Part shown: positions 38,091-41,455 of the stretch, piece after piece
Layout: every line of letters begins with the position of its first letter
Position numbering within the stretch: the stretch's first letter is position 1
Virus record (IMG/VR): IMGVR_UViG_2585427970_000004
DNA length: 41,455 bases
DNA from: a virus
Lineage: Duplodnaviria > Heunggongvirae > Uroviricota > Caudoviricetes
Reading direction: 5' to 3' (one strand)
The notes under the pieces: model-generated
The model's input: only the letters and a program-made list of their open reading frames with translations
What the model was told of the DNA's origin: nothing
The model's database searches: none
Position numbers and translations under genes: made by a program

Positions 38091-38309
38091 ATGGCAGACA
38101 TCATTGATTCAGCATCAGAAATCGAAGAATTACAGCGCAATACAGCAATAAAAATGCGTCGTCTGAACTACCAGACTGTATCCGCAACTCATTGTTGTGA
38201 GTGTGGCGATCCGATAGATGAGCGAAGACGCCTGGCTGTTCAGGGTTGTCGGACTTGTGCAAGTTGCCAGGAGGAGATCGAACTTAAGAACAAACAATGG
38301 GGACTGTGA
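38091..38309 (+). CDS. TraR/DksA-family C4 zinc-finger protein
   Basis: 72 aa; CxxC…CxxC (CCECGDPIDERRRLAVQGCRTCASCQ) typical of phage TraR-like proteins. Confidence 0.7.
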   Translation: MADIIDSASEIEELQRNTAIKMRRLNYQTVSATHCCECGDPIDERRRLAVQGCRTCASCQEEIELKNKQWGL

Positions 38310-38635
38310 TGGCCTCAAAGCAGCAAATTTCAACATCGTCCAACTGGGGTGTAAAAATGTTCAGAATCATTTTTCCTAACACCTGGTACGTCGACCACCA
38401 CGGCACTCCCTGCAAAATCCTGCGTTCTACCCACAACAAAGTTCACTACATCCGAAAAGGCAGAACATGTATCGCCAGCATGTTCCGCTTTAATCATGAC
38501 TTTGAACCTGTGAATAAAGCTGATGCAGATCGGATAGCAGAAGAGATCGAAACGGCAGAACACATTAAGAAGTTACGTGACATGCGTTCAAAAAGCAGAG
38601 GTAACCATGGAATCATACAGCCTCACACTCGATGA
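38309..38635 (+). CDS. Hypothetical protein
   Basis: ATG 38309 overlaps the TraR-like stop (TGATG); track start is ATG 38297 in the same frame. Confidence 0.35.
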   Translation: MASKQQISTSSNWGVKMFRIIFPNTWYVDHHGTPCKILRSTHNKVHYIRKGRTCIASMFRFNHDFEPVNKADADRIAEEIETAEHIKKLRDMRSKSRGNHGIIQPHTR

Positions 38636-38957
38636 GGCCTGTCAGTTTCTTAAGATATCCAGACCAACCGCCACCAACTGGATACGAACAGGCCGCCTAC
38701 AGGCAACACGTAAAGATCCAACCAAGCCAAAATCTCCTTACCTCACAACACGGCAAGCCTGCATTGCGGCGCTTCAGTCTCCGCTGCATACTGTCCAGGT
38801 GAGCGCGGGTGATGGCATAACAGAGGAAAGAAAATGTCACTCTTCCGCAGAAGTGAAATATGGTACGCCAGTTTCACATTGCCGAACGGTAAAAGATTTA
38901 AACAGTCTCTTGGAACAAAGGACAAAAGGCAGGCGACAGAGCTCCATGACAAGCTAA
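38607..38957 (+). CDS. Excisionase-like HTH protein
   Basis: ATG 38607 with GAGGT RBS; [34 protein letters not shown]; immediately upstream of and overlapping int. Confidence 0.5.
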   Translation: MESYSLTLDEACQFLKISRPTATNWIRTGRLQATRKDPTKPKSPYLTTRQACIAALQSPLHTVQVSAGDGITEERKCHSSAEVKYGTPVSHCRTVKDLNSLLEQRTKGRRQSSMTS

Positions 38958-39997
38958 AGGCTGAAGCATGGCGGGTCAGCAAACTTGGTGAAATACCTGA
39001 TATAACGTTCGAGGAAGCGTGTGTCAGGTGGCTTGAAGAGAAAGCACATAAAAAATCACTGGACGATGACAAAAGCCGGATCGGATTCTGGCTTCAACAT
39101 TTCGCAGGAATGCAACTAAGAGACATTACTGAATCAAAAATTTATTCAGCAATGCAGAAAATGACGAACCGGCGTCATGAGGAAAACTGGAGACTCAGGG
39201 CAGAAGCATGCAGAAAAAAAGGGAAACCTGTTCCAGAATACACGCCAAAACCAGCGTCCGTTGCAACGAAGGCTACGCATCTTTCATTTATAAAGGCCCT
39301 ACTAAGAGCCGCAGAGCGTGAATGGAAAATGCTGGATAAGGCACCAATTATTAAAGTGCCTCAACCAAAGAATAAACGGATCCGCTGGCTGGAGCCCCAT
39401 GAAGCACAAAGGCTGATTGATGAATGTCCGGAGCCATTAAAGTCTGTTGTTGAATTTGCACTGGCAACAGGCTTAAGACGCTCGAACATCATCAACCTTG
39501 AATGGCAACAAATAGACATGCAGCGCCGGGTGGCATGGATAAACCCGGAAGAGAGTAAATCAAACCGCGCAATTGGCGTTGCGCTGAATGATACTGCATG
39601 TCGCGTTTTGAAAAAACAAATCGGGAATCATCACCGTTGGGTATTTGTGTACAAGGAAAGCTGTACCAAACCAGACGGAACGAAAGCGCCAACAGTAAGG
39701 AAGATGCGGTATGACGCAAACACAGCCTGGAAAGCGGCGCTGAGACGGGCTGGTATTGATGATTTCAGATTTCACGACTTGAGACACACCTGGGCAAGTT
39801 GGCTGGTTCAAGCCGGAGTCCCGTTGTCAGTGTTACAGGAAATGGGAGGCTGGGAGTCTATCGAAATGGTTCGTCGATATGCTCACCTTGCACCTAATCA
39901 CCTTACCGAACACGCACGGCAAATAGACTCGATCCTGAACCCATCGGTCCCAAATTCGTCCCAGTCAAAAAATAAGGAAGGTACTAATGATGTGTAA
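38834..39997 (+). CDS. int: Tyrosine integrase (tRNA-Thr site-specific, IntF-like)
   Basis: 387 aa; C-terminal catalytic motifs (…[42 protein letters not shown]…); ends 15 nt before the tRNA 3' end. Confidence 0.9.
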   Translation: MSLFRRSEIWYASFTLPNGKRFKQSLGTKDKRQATELHDKLKAEAWRVSKLGEIPDITFEEACVRWLEEKAHKKSLDDDKSRIGFWLQHFAGMQLRDITESKIYSAMQKMTNRRHEENWRLRAEACRKKGKPVPEYTPKPASVATKATHLSFIKALLRAAEREWKMLDKAPIIKVPQPKNKRIRWLEPHEAQRLIDECPEPLKSVVEFALATGLRRSNIINLEWQQIDMQRRVAWINPEESKSNRAIGVALNDTACRVLKKQIGNHHRWVFVYKESCTKPDGTKAPTVRKMRYDANTAWKAALRRAGIDDFRFHDLRHTWASWLVQAGVPLSVLQEMGGWESIEMVRRYAHLAPNHLTEHARQIDSILNPSVPNSSQSKNKEGTNDV

Positions 39998-40011
39998 CTT
40001 ATTGATTTAAA

Positions 40012-40087
40012 TGGTGCCGATAATAGGAGTCGAACCTACGACCTTCGCATTACGAATGCGCTGCTCTACCAACTGAGCTATATCGGC
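40012..40087 (-). tRNA. thrW: tRNA-Thr (anticodon CGU), thrW-like; prophage integration target
   Basis: rc = GCCGATATAGCTCAGTTGGTAGAGCAGCGCATTCGTAATGCGAAGGTCGTAGGTTCGACTCCTATTATCGGCACCA; cloverleaf with anticodon loop TTCGTAA, TPsiC-loop TTCGACT, 3' CCA. Confidence 0.9.
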
Positions 40088-40201
40088 CCTGAAAGGACAT
40101 GTTCACGAACGTGAATCACGGTGGACAAGGTTAAAACTAACCGGGCGATGCGTCAATGGCCTTGTGAATCAAATGGCTACTTTTGCATCACCCGGTTTTA
40201 T

Positions 40202-41455
40202 TTACGCACGAATGGTGTAATCACCAATGCCGATCCACTTGTAAGTGGTCAGTGCTTCCAGCCCCATTGGGCCACGCGCGTGGAGTTTTTGTGTGCTTAC
40301 CGCCACTTCCGCACCCAGACCAAACTGGCCGCCGTCGGTAAAACGCGTAGAGGCGTTAACGTAAACAGCGGACGAATCCACTTCGTTAACAAAACGCTGG
40401 GCGTTGCGCATATCGCGGGTCAGGATCGCATCGGAGTGTTGTGTGCCGTGTTCACGAATATGGGCGATGGCATCGTCAAGATCGCTGACGATTTTGACGT
40501 TCAAATCTAATGACAGAAACTCATCGTCATACTCTTCGGCTTTAACAGCAACCACCTTCGCAGGGCCTGCCTGCAACTGCGCCAGTGCAGCTGCATCTGC
40601 GTGTAATGTCACGCCGCTTTCCGCCATTTGTTTGCTTAATGCGGGCAGGAAGCTATCGGCGATGTTTTTATTCACCAGCAACGTTTCAACCGTATTACAT
40701 GTGCTCGGACGCTGAGTTTTCGCGTTGACGATCACTTTTAATGCTTCAGCGATCTCTACACTTTCATCAACGTAAATATGGCATACGCCTATACCACCTG
40801 TGATCACCGGGATTGTCGACTGTTCACGGCACAGTTTATGCAAACCAGCGCCACCACGCGGGATCAGCATGTCGATGTATTTATCCATACGCAGCATTTC
40901 ACTGACCAGCGCACGGTCAGGATTATCAATCGCCTGCACGGCACCCGCCGGTAAGCCGCAGGATTTCAGGGCGTCCTGAATCACCGCCACCGTTGCAGCG
41001 TTAGTGCGACACGTTTCTTTGCCACCGCGCAGGATCACCGCATTACCGGTTTTCAGGCACAGCGAAGCGACATCAACCGTCACGTTCGGGCGCGCTTCAT
41101 AAATCACGCCAATAACCCCCAGCGGTACGCGACGACGCTCAAGACGCAGGCCGCTGTCCAGTACGCCGCCATCGATTACCTGCCCCACCGGATCGGCGAG
41201 GTTGCACACCTGACGTACATCGTCGGCAATGCCTTTCAGCCGTGCGGGCGTCAGTGCCAGACGGTCAAGCATCGCTTCGCTAAGGCCATTGGCTCGCGCG
41301 TCAGCAACATCCTGGGCGTTAGCGTTGAGGATGATTTCGCTTTGTGCTTCCAGTTCATCGGCGATTTTTTCCAGCACGCGATTTTTTTCGCGGCTGGAGA
41401 GTTGCGCTAATTTATACGAGGCTTGCTTCGCGGCAATGCCCATTTGTTCCAGCAT
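40202..41455 (-). CDS. proA: Gamma-glutamyl phosphate reductase ProA (host gene)
   Basis: 417 aa; [66 protein letters not shown]…; start coincides with the window end. Confidence 0.95.

Noticed and set aside
40088-40201. Possible prophage attachment-site repeat or second mobile element between the tRNA and proA
   Set aside because: The integrase lies on the other side of the tRNA and no repeat of the tRNA 3' segment was found in the window; this is probably ordinary host intergenic sequence.

Overview
The window is almost entirely a mosaic temperate prophage (about 1..40,000) integrated at a tRNA-Thr(CGU) gene (thrW-like, 40012..40087, minus strand) beside proA (40202..41455), so the host is Escherichia/Shigella-like. 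Reading from the tRNA leftward: integrase and excisionase, TraR-like zinc finger, lambda-type Exo/Bet/Gam, a PL/OL-like promoter, a cI-like repressor with divergent PR/PRM, Cro-like and CII/YdaT-like genes, lambda-type O (with ori iterons), P and Ren, a nin-like block (YbcN, NinE, YbcO, RusA, YlcG-like), a Q-like antiterminator, a lambda-type lysis cassette (holin, R, Rz/Rz1) and Bor. The structural module is HNH endonuclease, P27-type small and large terminase, HK97-type portal, protease and capsid, then a Mu-like contractile tail with baseplate and an invertible tail-fibre segment. The Pin/Gin-type invertase beside that segment is a pseudogene, split by an intact IS629-like IS3-family element (1315..2624, 3-bp duplication TCC) and carrying an in-frame amber codon. 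Three cargo loci stand out: (1) an AT-rich cassette in the rexAB-equivalent slot between cI and PL/OL (4-TM membrane protein, 58-aa small TM protein, ~300-aa protein I cannot assign to any family) - the best candidate for an undescribed exclusion system; (2) an AT-rich AbiL-like pair (ABC-type ATPase plus RloB/Toprim-like protein) in the nin region; (3) a free-standing GIY-YIG-like nuclease gene at the tail-fibre end. The second prophage attachment site is not in the window. All protein identifications are from recall of family sequences and motifs, not from database searches.
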